Assembly: GCF_030144855.1 (NCBI RefSeq)
Contig: NC_082709.1
Coordinates: 45,880,001-45,944,000 of the forward strand
Length of the DNA stretch: 64,000 nucleotides
Source of the DNA: Hypanus sabinus
Lineage: Eukaryota
Direction: 5' to 3'
The position numbers and the translations under genes were made by a program. The notes under the pieces are model-generated. The model saw only the letters and a list, made by a program, of their open reading frames with translations. It was not told the origin of the DNA and searched no databases. Of the stretch, positions 50,486 through 62,309 are shown piece after piece; the first letter of the stretch is position 1; every line of letters begins with the position of its first letter.

Positions 50486-52019
50486 TATAGAGAGCAAACT
50501 TCAAAGTAATGAATCAGATTTGATTAGGGAGCTTAAAGTAAAGAAACCCTTAGGAGACAGTGATCATAATGTCAGTCTTCACTGTGGAAGTCACAATCAG
50601 CATGTTGTAGTGTAAGAAGGAAGAGAAGTGGGTGTAGTTACTGTAACAAGAGAAAAAGTGCTTAGAAAGCTGAAAGACCTAAAGGTACATAGGTCACCCA
50701 GACTAGATGGACTGCACCCTAGTGTTCTGAAAGAGGCAGCAGTAGAGATTGTGGTGGCATTGGAAATGATCTTTCAAAAGTCATTGGCATGGTGCCAGAG
50801 GACTGGAAAATTGCAAATGTCACTCAACTCTTTAAGAAAGGAGGAAGGATATTATTGGAAGGATATTATAAACCAGTTAGCCTGACCTCAGTGGTTGGGA
50901 GGATGTTAAGGTCAATTATTAAGGATGAGGTAATGGAGTACTTGGTGACACAGGGTAAGATAGTACAAAGTCAGCATGGTTTCCATCAGGGAAAATCCTG
51001 CCTGACGAAAATGTTTGAATCCTTTGAGGAGATTACAAGTAGGATAGATAAAATGTTGGTGTTGGGACTGCTTCTTTTTATGCTGTAAATAAATGATTTA
51101 GATGATGGAATAGATGGCTTTGTTGCCAGGTTTGCAGATGATACAACAATTGGTGGAGGGGCAGGTAGTGTTGAGGAAACAGGTAGGCTGCAGAAGGACT
51201 TAGACAGATTAGGAGAATGGGCAAGAGAGTGGCAAATGAAATACAATGTTGAAAAATGCATGGTCACTAATAGAAATAAATGTGCAGACTGTTTTCTAAA
51301 CAGGGAGAAAATCCAAAAATCTGAAATGTGAAGGGATTGGGAGTCCTTGTGCAGAATTTCCTAAAGGTTAACATAGGTTGAGTCAGTGGTGAGGAAGGCA
51401 AATGCAATGTTAGCATTCATTTCAACAGATCTATAATACAAGAGCAGGGATGTGATGCTGAGGCTATATAAGGCACCGGTGAGGCATCAGCTTGAGTATT
51501 GTGAGCAGTTTTGGGCTCCTCATAGAAGAAAAGATGTGCTAGTGTTGGGGAAGGTCCAGAGGAGGTTCACAAGGATGATTCCGGGTATGAAAGAGTTATC
51601 ATATGAGGAACGTTTGATGGCTCTGGGTCTGTACTCACTGGAATTTAGAAGGATGGGGGGGGGGGGGAAATCTTATTGAAACCTTTCAGTTGTTGAAAGC
51701 ACTAAACAGAGTAGATGTGGAAAGGATGTTTCCCATGGTAGGAGAGTCTAGGACAAGAGGGCACAGCCTCAGGATAGGGGGTGGCCTTTAAAAACAGAGA
51801 TGAGGAGAAACTTCTTTAGCCAAAGGGCAGTGAATTTATGGAATTTGTTGCCATGTGCAGCTGTGGAGGCCAGGTTGTTGGGTGTACTTAAGGCAGAGAT
51901 TGATAAGTTCTTGATTGGACATGGCATTAAAGCCATTCAATCATGACTGTTCCTTTCACCCCTCCTCACCCACTTTTCTCGGCTTTCCCCTGTAACCTTT
52001 GATGCCATGTCTAATTCAG

Positions 52020-52700
52020 AACCTATCTATTCCATCATCTAAATCATTTATTTACGGCATAAAAAGAAGTGGTCCCAACATAAACCCCTGCTGAACATCA
52101 CTAGTCACTGTCAGCCAACCAGAAAACAATCCTTTTATTCCCACTCGCTGCCTCCTACCCATCAGCCAAGGCTCTAACTATGTTAGTAACTTTCCTGCAA
52201 TGCCATAGGCTCCTAACTTGGTAAGCAGCTCATACGTAGCATCTCATGAATGGCCTTCTGAAAGTCCAAATATACAACATCCACTGCATCCCCTTTATCT
52301 ATACTTCTTGTAATCTCCTCAAAGGATTCCAACAGGTTCGTCAGACAAGATTTTCCCTAAGGAAACCATGCTGAGTTTGTTTTATCTTGTCCTGTGCCAC
52401 CATCACCTCATCCTTAACTCCAACATCTTCCCAAGCACTGATGTCAGGCTAACTGGTCTAAAATTTCCTTTCTGCTGCCTTCCTCCTTTCTTAAAGAGTG
52501 GAGTGACATTTGCAATTTTCCAGTCCTCTGGCATCATGCCAGAGTTCAATAATTTTTGAAAGATCATTGCTAATGCCACCACAATCTCTACTGCTATCTC
52601 TTTCAGAACCCTAGGGTGCAGTTCATCTAGTCTGGGTGACCTATGTATCTTTAGGTCTTTGAGCTTTTGAGCACCTTCTCCCTGGTCATAGTAACTGTAG
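52020..52700 (-). mobile_element. CR1 RT fragment, inverted near-copy of ~50635-51115
   Basis: Reverse complement aligns with the + strand segment from acagttact/LKDLKVHRSPRLD to gatttagatgatggaatagat. Confidence 0.85.
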
Positions 52701-53130
52701 TAAATACCTGCAGTACCTACATCTACTTACCTAATAAAGCCACAAGGCATTTGATTTATCTAAATGAGGGGATTTTGAGAGATGGTTCAGACACTTTGAA
52801 ATATTTAGAGTTGTAAGCAATCTCACTAAGGCTTCAGAAGAGCTTAAAGTAAGCACATTAATATACTTCTATAGGTGACAAGAAAAGATATTGTGGCTTT
52901 CTGATAAATGTAAAGAATACTTCACAGAGAAGCAGAATGTGGTACATGAGATTAAACAGGGTGCAGTCAGAAAGACTACAGAAAGAGGTGACTGTAAAGC
53001 TCAGCTCAAACAAACCAGACACGTGAAACAAAGAATAGGTAAATGCAGGAGATGCGGAATGTCTCCATCCCATGTCAAAGAGCTCTGTCCAGCAAAAGAA
53101 GTGAAATGCAGAAAAGAAATTGAATTGGCC

Positions 53131-53478
53131 TGTCATGGTCCCTTCTGGCAACCCCCCACCTGGCTATTTACCTCGGGAATTGGGCCTCAATCCCCTTGTT
53201 TAGTTTCCAATCATTCCCAGGTTCCACTAACTACACACACCTGCCTTCCATCGGCAAATGCAGGATAAAAACCCTGTGATCACAACAAGGAGCTGCCAGT
53301 TCGTTGGTCGACTCCGGTGTGAGTCTCCACCTTTCATGGTTCTTAGGACTGCCAGTTCTAAGTCTGGCATTGCTCCTGGATATGGATACCATGCTCGCTA
53401 CGTCAAGAATGCCTCCTGACTCTGCCTCCATCCCTGTGAACTACACTTGGGTTTGTCCAGCACTTTGCTTGTGTAACA
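53131..53478 (+). mobile_element. Solo LTR (348 bp)
   Basis: TGTCA...TAACA termini; 5-bp TSD tggcc at 53126-53130 and 53479-53483. Orientation is tentative. Confidence 0.85.
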
Positions 53479-53702
53479 TGGCCTTTATAAAAACTAGCGT
53501 CACTCAAAAACATTTCTTCAGGAGGTCAAAGAAGACCATAATTCAGATGAAGAGAGAGCTTTCCTTGGGGCTCTAGATTCAAGTAGACAAGGCTGGTGTA
53601 CTGCAGTTCAGTTTCAAAATAAGATAGTACGACATGCACACTGGGGCCACTGTCACAGCTGTTCCCGAATGTCTGTTCATAAAACCAGTGAAGGAAACAT
53701 GT

Positions 53703-53798
53703 CACACACAAAATGCTGGTGGAACACAGCAGGCCAGGCAGCTTCTATAAGGAGAAGCACTGTCGACGTTTCGGGCTGAGACCCTTCGTCAGGACTCA
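53703..53798 (-). mobile_element. 96-bp Penelope-derived insertion with 14-bp TSD
   Basis: TSD tgaaggaaacatgt at 53689-53702 and 53799-53812; the insert is essentially a hammerhead motif plus ~60 nt of 3' sequence. Confidence 0.92.
53762..53795 (-). ncRNA. Minimal type I hammerhead ribozyme motif
   Basis: Minus strand reads gtc CTGACGA a GGGT ctca GCCC GAAA CG TC gac; core intact, stem I only 3 bp. Confidence 0.7.
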
Positions 53799-54307
53799 TG
53801 AAGGAAACATGTATTACACTAAACCAAACAAGGAAACTGCTCATGGGGCCAGCGAAATGTAAAATCAATGCGAAAAGAATGTTTACTACATTCAAAGATA
53901 AAAATGAGAAACAGCTATGTTGCCTCTTCTCACCCCACTACCAAGACGACATGCCATCGAGAAGATGAACCTCATTGCAAGGTTGGATTTGCTAAACAAA
54001 GGTCAGTGTCAGGAGAAGTTGTTTCACAGTACCCTTGGGGGTACTAGAAGAAGAGTACCTTATCCATGCTCTACTCTCTGACATAGCGGGTGTATACCAG
54101 TCCCATTGACGAACAAAGTCAAAGCTAAACTTGAGGGAATAGAGGCCCTTGACGTTACTCCGCCCCCCAGGCCAGATGACATTGTGAGGTTCCTACAGAT
54201 CCTCACAGTGCCATCTGACTTGGGGCAGGAGCAATGCCCGCAAACCAGTCAGCTTTCCATTCACTTTAGTTGTGATGTCATACGTCTCCATTCCCTCAAG
54301 TTCAGCT

Positions 54308-55132
54308 ATCGCGGTTTACAGTACGATCTGGACCAGCTGGAAAATGGACTGAAAAATGGCAGATGGAATTTAATTCAGACAAGTTCAATGTGCTACACTT
54401 CAGTAGGACCAATGCAGTGGATGGTAGGACACTGAGGAGTGTGGTGGAACAAAGGGACCTGGGAATACGGATCCATAATTCAGTGAAAGTGGCATCATGG
54501 GTAGATACAGTCACAAAGAAAGCTTTTGGCACATTGGCCCTTATTAATCAAAGTATTGAGTACAGGAGATGGGATGCCATGTTGAATTTGTATAAGATGT
54601 TGGTGAGGTCTACTATGGAGTATTATGTACAGATTTGGTCACCTACCTACAAGAAAGATATCGATAATGTTGAAAGAGTGAAGGGAAAATTTACAAGGTT
54701 GTTTCTAAGTCTGTGGGACCTGAGTTATAAAGAAAGATTGAATAGGTTAGGAGTTTATTGCTTAGAACATAGAAGATTGAGAGGAAATTTGATAAGAGGG
54801 TTATAGATAGTGTAAATGCAAGGAGGCTTTTTCCACTGAGGTTGGGTGGGACTACAACTAGAGCTCATGGGTTAATGGTGAAAGGTTAAAAGTTTAAGGG
54901 GGTTGAGGGAAAACTTCACTCACAGTGTTATGGGAGTGTGGAATGAGCTAGCAGCACAAGTGGTGTATGGAACTTTGATTTCAACGTTTAAAAGAAGTTT
55001 GGATAGTAGGGGTATGGAGGACTATGGTCTGGTGCTGGTCAATGGGAGTAGGCAATTTAAATAGTTTAGCATAGACTAGATGGGCCGAAGGCCCTATTTC
55101 TGTGCTGTACTTTTGTATGACTCCATGACTCT
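54308..55132 (+). mobile_element. CR1 LINE 3' fragment
   Basis: ORF 54363-54806; (atgactc)n tail. Confidence 0.9.
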
Positions 55133-55149
55133 ATATCAATGCAGTTGCA

Positions 55150-55590
55150 ACAAAGGCATGACAGGAATTTGAGGAGATTTGGTACCTTACCAAAGCTACA
55201 CAAATTTTTACAGCTTCCCTAGCATCCAAGACATCTTCAAGGAGCAATGCCTCAAAAAAGCGACACCCATCATTCAAAACCCCCATTACCCAGGACATGC
55301 CCTCTTCTCATTGCTATCATCAGGGAGGAGGTACAGCAGCCTGGAAGTGCACACTCAACAATTCAGGAATAGCTTCTTTCCTTGTCCCGTCTGATTTCTG
55401 AATTGACATGAACACTCCTTCACTAATTTTCCCTCTTTTTGCATCACTTACAGTATTTAATTACATATATATTCACACACACATCTTACTGCAATTTACA
55501 ATTTTTATTATTATGCATGCAATGTATGTGCAGCATAATGACTAATTTCAGTACATATGCCAGTGACATTAAACCTGATCCTGATTTCTG
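55150..55590 (+). mobile_element. Rex1/Babar LINE 3' fragment
   Basis: PSIQDIFKEQCLKKATPIIQNPHYPGHALFSLLSSGRRYSSL...RNSFFP. Confidence 0.82.
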
Positions 55591-55844
55591 AAATGTCAAA
55601 GCTTGGAGCACGGAGAGGAAATGGCAACGTTACTTAGGAATATCAAAACACCTTCCCCTACCCCTGTATGGAACAGTCATATTTCACTATTGAAGACATA
55701 CTTTTTAAAAGAAATAGTCGGAGAGTGAATCAAGATCCGTAGGTATGTTTGATCATTATTTTAAATTATCTATAATTATTTGAGCAAGTGATTCCTCCAC
55801 TTAATTGTAGAGTTTTTGAAGAACCCTCCATCATATCCTTTTAA

Positions 55845-56055
55845 GACAAGATTAGCTATATTCAGCGCTGTCTGAGGGCTGTGCTGGGGAGCCTGCAAGT
55901 GTCACCACGCTTCCAGACCCTACATAGCACACCCACGCCTCACTAACCCTTACCCTACGTCTTTGGAATGGAGGGGGGTGGGGGAAACCCGTGCAGTCAC
56001 AGGGTAACAGCAGGATCACTGTAAAGCGATTGTGCTAATGGCTATGACACCACAC
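55845..56055 (-). mobile_element. tRNA-derived SINE fragment
   Basis: Shares gtgctgggggagcctgcaagtgtcacc...cgtctttggaatg with 19905-20165 and 33130-33455. Confidence 0.6.
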
Positions 56056-57848
56056 TGTCCACTCCTTAAGGGAATGTAAGGGATGCCAACATTAGCACTA
56101 ACGAGGTAACAAACAGAACTGGAGATCGATCTCCTTTGCTGAGTTCGAAAGGTAAGTTACTCGTTTAAACAAATCGTGGTAAGAAGACGTGCGGGAATTA
56201 ATGAGAACATGGGAAGTAGAATGACTTTGTTCCTGATTCCCATTTGAAGAAGGTGAGATGCTTCCACTCCTCAGCTTTTGAATTCGAAATGGCAAAATGT
56301 TAACAAACTTTGAGCTTCATGTTAACAATTAACTCAGCACAAGTGCAAACATTGTTTTTGATGCATGTTGGATTGCTTTTACACTTAAAAAACCTTTTTA
56401 TAAGTGCAGAGCCATTAAGTGGATGCTTGAAACTCATGGTTTTAAGGTGCTACAGGAACCATACATTAAGTGGGTGTTCTCAGAAACATGTTCCGTAATT
56501 GTGGCTCAATTTATTTCACTAATGGCAGATATTGTTGCCGTAACTAATCAACGGCAGAATGTAGGTCATAGGTACAGTTCCGCAGGAAGCAGCTCTTTGT
56601 TATCCTGACAGCTGGTCACCCATATTTTCATTCTTCTTGTCTGCTTCTCGATTTAGAATCTAATGGTGTAACAGCGAACAAAATGAATCGAAAGTGTGCC
56701 TTAAACAAGTTAGAGCAGGCATAAAATAACTTGGAATTCTGCAATTGAGCAGCCAGCTAAAGGAACGAGTTCAGTACACCGACTGTGATACTGAACAGAA
56801 GCGAGATGTTGTTGATTGAGTTCCATCTGTCATGAAAAGTCAATTTCATGTACTTTATGAAACCACGGCAATAAATTCTATTAACATAATGCAGGTTAAT
56901 CTGCACTCTGGAGAGAAAATAAAGGGAAGGTCATTAATCTCAACTGTTAGGTCTGATTTAAAGTATTTACATTTTTCTTTTAATCTGTTCTGTAATCAAT
57001 ACTTTATGCTTTAGCTGGTTTGGAAGTTGAAAATTAACCAGATAATAGGTAAATAATCACTTAAGGATAATAACAGTAGATTTAGAAGCGGAAATTCTGC
57101 TTGCTCTCAGGATTCACTTGGAAAGAGGTAATCATCAATTTAACCGGTTTTGTCCATTATTAAAAACCCTTTTCAGCAAAAAAAAAATGCTGCTCATGTT
57201 CAAGGACGTGTTTATGAGTTAGTACTTTCCGGAAATTTTCGTTCTTTGAACGCGTACTGCAAACTCAGTTAAGGCTGAGGATTTGCAACCACCTTCAGGT
57301 TAAGGTTTCAAATAGATAATCTCTCCCAGCTTCCTCCTGGGGTCTGTGTCACAGACCTAACACAGCAGTTATCAGTACTGATTGTGATACAAATGACGTG
57401 GGCATCCTTACAGTTTCTCGCTTGGACACAGCTCTGTTTTCTGCTAACAAATGGAGAGCCACTTTGCAATGACAGCTATGCAACAGCAGAGGGCGGCAAC
57501 TGCCTGCTTTTAATTCTGGAACTCAGCACTTGGATTATTGTGGAATTTAACATCCTCATTTATCCTCACAGGTGAGAGTTTAGTATCCAAAGGGAACCAA
57601 ATGTAACATTCAAGATGATTGTCGACCAATCATTAATTCAAATTCTTCATAGTTCATAACTTGTTGAAGTAATGAAATCAGTTATCTTCACTCCTGGCCG
57701 TTCCTTGTATTTCCAAGTCTTAATGCTTGAAACCACAGTGAGCAAAATAGTTCTGAGTTGTCTTACTGCTTACTTCCCACCTGCTATCAGTGACAAAAAT
57801 CACTGCTTTTTGAACACAAACATACGCAACTGACACTATTTAAAAACT

Positions 57849-57910
57849 AAAGAGCAAACACGAGGAAATTTGCAGATTAATGCTGTGTTCCACCAGCATT
57901 TTGTGTGTGT
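57849..57910 (+). mobile_element. 62-bp Penelope-derived insertion with inverted head and 12-bp TSD
   Basis: TSD tatttaaaaact at 57837-57848 and 57911-57922; same head (agcaaacac.aggaaat.tgcagat) and same end (ccagcattttgtgtg) as 30642-30808. Confidence 0.88.
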
Positions 57911-58844
57911 TATTTAAAAACTGTTCGCTCTAGGCACAGTGTGTTGTCAAATGGCCACATAACGTGCATGTGACTGACACCAGTTAGAAAATGCTCGACA
58001 ACAATCCCCTGCCCCAGTTAAGAGGCATATTGTCCCAAATAAATGGATGGAATCCCGGCTATTTTCTTAAGTGTTCATTAAGTGTTGTCCCAAGTAAGCA
58101 TCTGCCCTGATTAATCAATGGCCCAATTAACCCGAATCCCCTATTGATCTTCCATTGACAGAAGTATTTGTGAGAAAGGTTGTAGCTCAGTGAATAGTTG
58201 AAGCTGGACACAGTGTCCTGGCCTGAGTCTATGGAATGATGGAGAAGCAGTCGCAGCTACCGCTATGTATTTCTACACATGGAACAGTACAAAGTTCAAT
58301 GTACAAGGGAGCTGTGTGTTTCTGAACTCTGCAGAGCCTGACTATATAGAGATGGCTTATTCAGGGGGAATTAAATCCTTTTCTGCATCTTCTACTTGAT
58401 GTTCCATTGGAACTGATGTCAAGGCATCTTTTGTATCCCAACAGGTATTCACTGGTAAAATTCCAAATGCGAGGAAGACTAATACCGAACGTTTATCTTG
58501 TCATGAGTGCCACTTCTAGTGGAAATGAAAAGTCAATGGGCAGATGTTCTTGTGCTCTGCAGTGCCTGTAGATTCTCTGCGTTGCTGATCGGTTAAACAA
58601 ATAAAAAGGATAAAACTTACTGATGGTTCACAACAGACAACTAACAGTACCTGATGCAATGTTTTCAAAATCGGACCACAGGGCTCACATGGAGTAGTTC
58701 TTAATGGTATTTTACACATAATATATACAGCACTGATTTCAGAAAAACTAGTAATGCTAGAATAACAACCCTGAAGACCTATCCCGGGCTTGACATATTG
58801 ATACAATTGCAACAAGGGCACGACAGTGGCTATATTTCATTAGG

Positions 58845-59390
58845 CATTTAAGGAGGCTTGGTACATCTCCAAAGATTCACAGACTTCTGCAGATGTACCG
58901 TGGAGAGCATTCCAACTGGCTGCATCACTGTCTGGTATGGAGGGGCCTCTGCACAGCACTGGAAGCAGCTGCCGGAAGCTGAGAACTCAGCGGGCTCCGT
59001 CACGGGCACTAGCCTCCCCGGCACTGAGGTTATCTTCAAAAGGCGATGTCTTAAGAAGGCAGCATCCAATGTGAAGGACTCCCAGCACACAGCACATGCT
59101 CTCTTCTCATCAAGCTGGAGGTACAGAAGCCCGAAGACACAAACTCGATATCTTAGGAACAGCTTCTTCCCCACCACCGTCACATCTCTGAACGGACAAT
59201 TAACCCATGTACACTATTTATTTTCAATTTTGCTCTCTTTTTACACTGCGCTACTTGCTTAATTTAATTTTGTATATATATTTCTTTCTGTAATTTATAG
59301 TTCTTTTTATTATATATTGCAGTGCACTGATGCCAGAAAACAACAAATTTCACAGTGTATGCCAGTGATATTAAACCTGATTTTGAATAT
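58845..59390 (+). mobile_element. Rex1/Babar LINE 3' fragment
   Basis: ORF 58858: FCRCTVESIPTGCITVWYG...RCLKKAASNVKD...RNSFFP. Confidence 0.88.
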
Positions 59391-60562
59391 CTGCATCTTA
59401 GCCTGTAAAACCATAAGATATAGGAGCAGAGTTAGACCATTTGGCCCAGCGAGTCTGCTCTGCCATTTCATCATGGCTGATCCAATTTTCCTCTCAGCCC
59501 CAGTCTCCTGCCTTCTCTGCGTATCCCTTCATGCCCTGACTGATCCAGAATTTATCAACCTCTGCCTTAAATAAACACGAAAAATCTTATTAAATTATTT
59601 CTATCAATTAACTATTCACATGCATCACAAAGTATTACACCAATTATTTTAAAAAATCGCATCCATAGTTTGTCAACAGCTCTAAATTCAGGTACTGTAA
59701 ATCCAGTATAAAATGTTGATGCACTTTGGGGGACTCTGCTGAGAGGGTCTCCCAAGACAATATCTCTTTGTCATAATGAATAAAGACTTCCACATGCACA
59801 GTGTCTCCAGTGACCTAGTCACAGTCACATTTGTGGGCTTGTATAGGGTTTGTGACCCGTTGCATAGCCAGTGATGTCTGCAGTCTAAGGGGAGGTTATT
59901 TTCAAATGTAGCCCCCTGTGCTGGGATCTGTTTCAGCCAATGATCATGCGATTACAAGGTATCATGGAACACAGCAACGAACTGAACTGGTGGATATAAA
60001 AGTGTTGTATCTGTGATGTGTTTGTTTAAGGGACCGGCTACCGGACAATGCTGAATGGTTTGAAGTAACAAGGCCACCATTTGTGAAAGGTGGATACTGA
60101 CTGTTTGAGACACTAGAGGGGGTGTGTGCATGCTTGTTTGGGAAGCTAAATAGCAGAGCGATGTTTGTAAGTACACATCTGTGTCTACATGTGGAAAATC
60201 TTTAGAGTCAAAGCCCAGGAGAGAGGATAAAGCAGGAATATTTAATATTCTATATAAAAAGGATATATCAATATCATGGGCTGTGTTGTGGGAAGGGGAG
60301 AGGGGAGAGGGTTCTCATAAACTTGAGAAGGTTGAACAGGGAATAGACAAAACCAGGCTAAAACCTGGAGCCCAGAGGAACATTGGCAGTGGTGGAATTA
60401 AGGAGAAAGGGAGATAAAGCAGCAGTATTTTGTGTCATGTTTACTTGAGGAGAGAAGAAAGTGTCAAGAATTGCATAATGTATAAGTAATAGCACTACAG
60501 GGGGAAGGGGTGGATACAGAGAATAGTGAGACAGTGTACAAGAGCTGGACAGATTGAAGGAC

Positions 60563-60566
<4 letters not shown>

Positions 60567-60612
<46 letters not shown>

Positions 60613-60630
60613 ACACACACACACACACAC
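60567..60630. repeat. Compound microsatellite (AG)21(AC)11
   Basis: Read directly from the sequence. Confidence 0.98.
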
Positions 60631-61199
60631 GTGAGGAACATGCAGAACAATATAAGTGGGGTAGATATTCATTTTCCAGAGGTCAAAGAGCTTACTGCCA
60701 TCCTCAGGTTTCCGGCACAGGAGTACGACCTTTCCAAAGGGGCAGAGAAACCATAAAGTGGTTCCAGAGGATGCAGCTGCTACAAGGACACCAAAGACCT
60801 GCTTTCTGTGCCAGTGATGGGGGCACTTAGTGAGGGACTGCCAATATAGACATAGATGAGTAGAGGAGATTTATTATACCCGTGGACTACGGTTGAACGT
60901 GGCATCCTTATAAGGCAGGAAGGTGTGACAGTCACCCGATAAATCAGGTAGAAATCACAGCAGAATCTTGCAGCATCCATTGAAATGAGCAGTCAACGGA
61001 TGCTGCCCAACCTGTTGAGCTCATCCAGCTTTTGTGCGTGTTGATTTGACCACAGCATCTGCAGTGTACTTTGTGTTTACAGCAGAATCTTCTCGACCCA
61101 CACGGACCACCGCCAGGATTAGCATTCTGGTCAGACAAGCCAGTTCTGGTCACCCTCAAACGTACACAAGAGTTTCACACGGGGGCCAGCAACGTGACG

Positions 61200-61470
61200 C
61201 GGGGTGCCATGGTAACGTAGTGGTTTTGGTCATCAGTTCCAGTGCACCTGCAAAGAGTCTCTGTCTGTCCTCCCCGTGGAACGTGTGGGTTCTCCCCGGG
61301 GGGCTCCGGTTTCCCTCACACTGGCCAAAGGCGTACCGGGTAGGTTAATTGGTGATTGTGAATTGTCCCATGATTAGGTTAGGGATGAACAGGGTTGTCA
61401 GGGGTTGCTGGGGCAACGTGGCTCAGAGGTGTTCAACGTGCTCAGCGCTGTGTCACTAAGTAAGTAAATA
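61200..61470 (+). mobile_element. tRNA-derived SINE (HE1/V-SINE-like)
   Basis: A-box-like tggtaacgtagtgg, core ctccccgtgg...gctccggtttccctcacac, (taag/taaa) tail; homologous to 37745-38035. Confidence 0.8.
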
Positions 61471-62309
61471 CTTTAGTGGACACGGGGGCATCAGTATCAT
61501 TCACTGAGCTGCCCTTGCTACTAACTGGAGAGGCTATAAAGGTGTGTGTATGGGGGGTGGAGGGGGCTAACAGTGAGGGCAGAGGTAAGTGAGTTTCAGG
61601 TACCTAAGATAAAGCGACTGCTCCTTGCAGTGGATTTCTGGATTTCTTAGGGTTCAGGAGATTGGGATCTCGCAGGTGCCTGTGTGCTGCTAACGCTTCG
61701 GCCTCCGGCAAGCGTCGGTAACCATGGGGTGCACGGGGATTCAAATGAGAGCCTGCCATGGGCCAGCTCTCTGTCCCTCTGCACCTTCACCAATGTCGTG
61801 TTGGCATGCCCGGCTTCCCCCCAGTCATGACGTCCTGCACCGCTGTTGGGCCGCGTCAGACCTGCCTGTCAAACCTGAGGATTGAAGCTGGAGGCTCCTG
61901 AAGCCAGTTAGCCTGAGTACTGACAAAAAAGCAGAGGAAGAGGAAATTATTCAAATAGTAGGGATGGGGGTTCAAGAGGCTGAAGAGAAAATGGGAAGGA
62001 GAGGGAAAGAGTTACGTGCTCTTATGCTCATCATTCACAATCACCATCACAAAGCCCGACCACGATGTCCCATTCCGTTCTCCCACTCATTCTCTCTTTT
62101 TCTCTTCTATCAGTTTCTATGTTTGTCTTCTCATCTTCTCCCTCGCTCTTCCTCCAGATTTCAGTGAATAAACTAGCTGAGCTTCTCCAGTTTCACACCA
62201 GGACTTTGCATTACTGCCATTTTTCAGAATCTGCTTTACAGTTCACAATCTTAAGTATCTGAAAACTCTTGGACACAACTTATATTCAGGCATGTAACTT
62301 GATAAGTGT

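Larger units (their letters stand above)
41560..51930 (+). mobile_element. Old CR1 LINE, fragmented by at least five direct insertions
   Basis: Pieces are collinear across the insertions: esterase CCLPGVRVRD (41679), YLNARS|I (42650/43590), LNIQG...|DRQMCREGGVTLLVK (43695/47883), PLGDSDHN (50545), RT and 3' region to ~51930. Confidence 0.85.
52780..54160 (+). mobile_element. Gypsy gag-pol internal remnant
   Basis: Zinc-knuckle-like CRRCGMSPSHVKELC, protease-like (H)TGATVTAVP at ~53637, pre-RT PLTNKVKAKLEGIEALDV at ~54103. Confidence 0.7.

Noticed and set aside
60526-60756. ERERER/HTHT low-complexity ORF
   Set aside because: Translation of the (AG)n(AC)n microsatellite.
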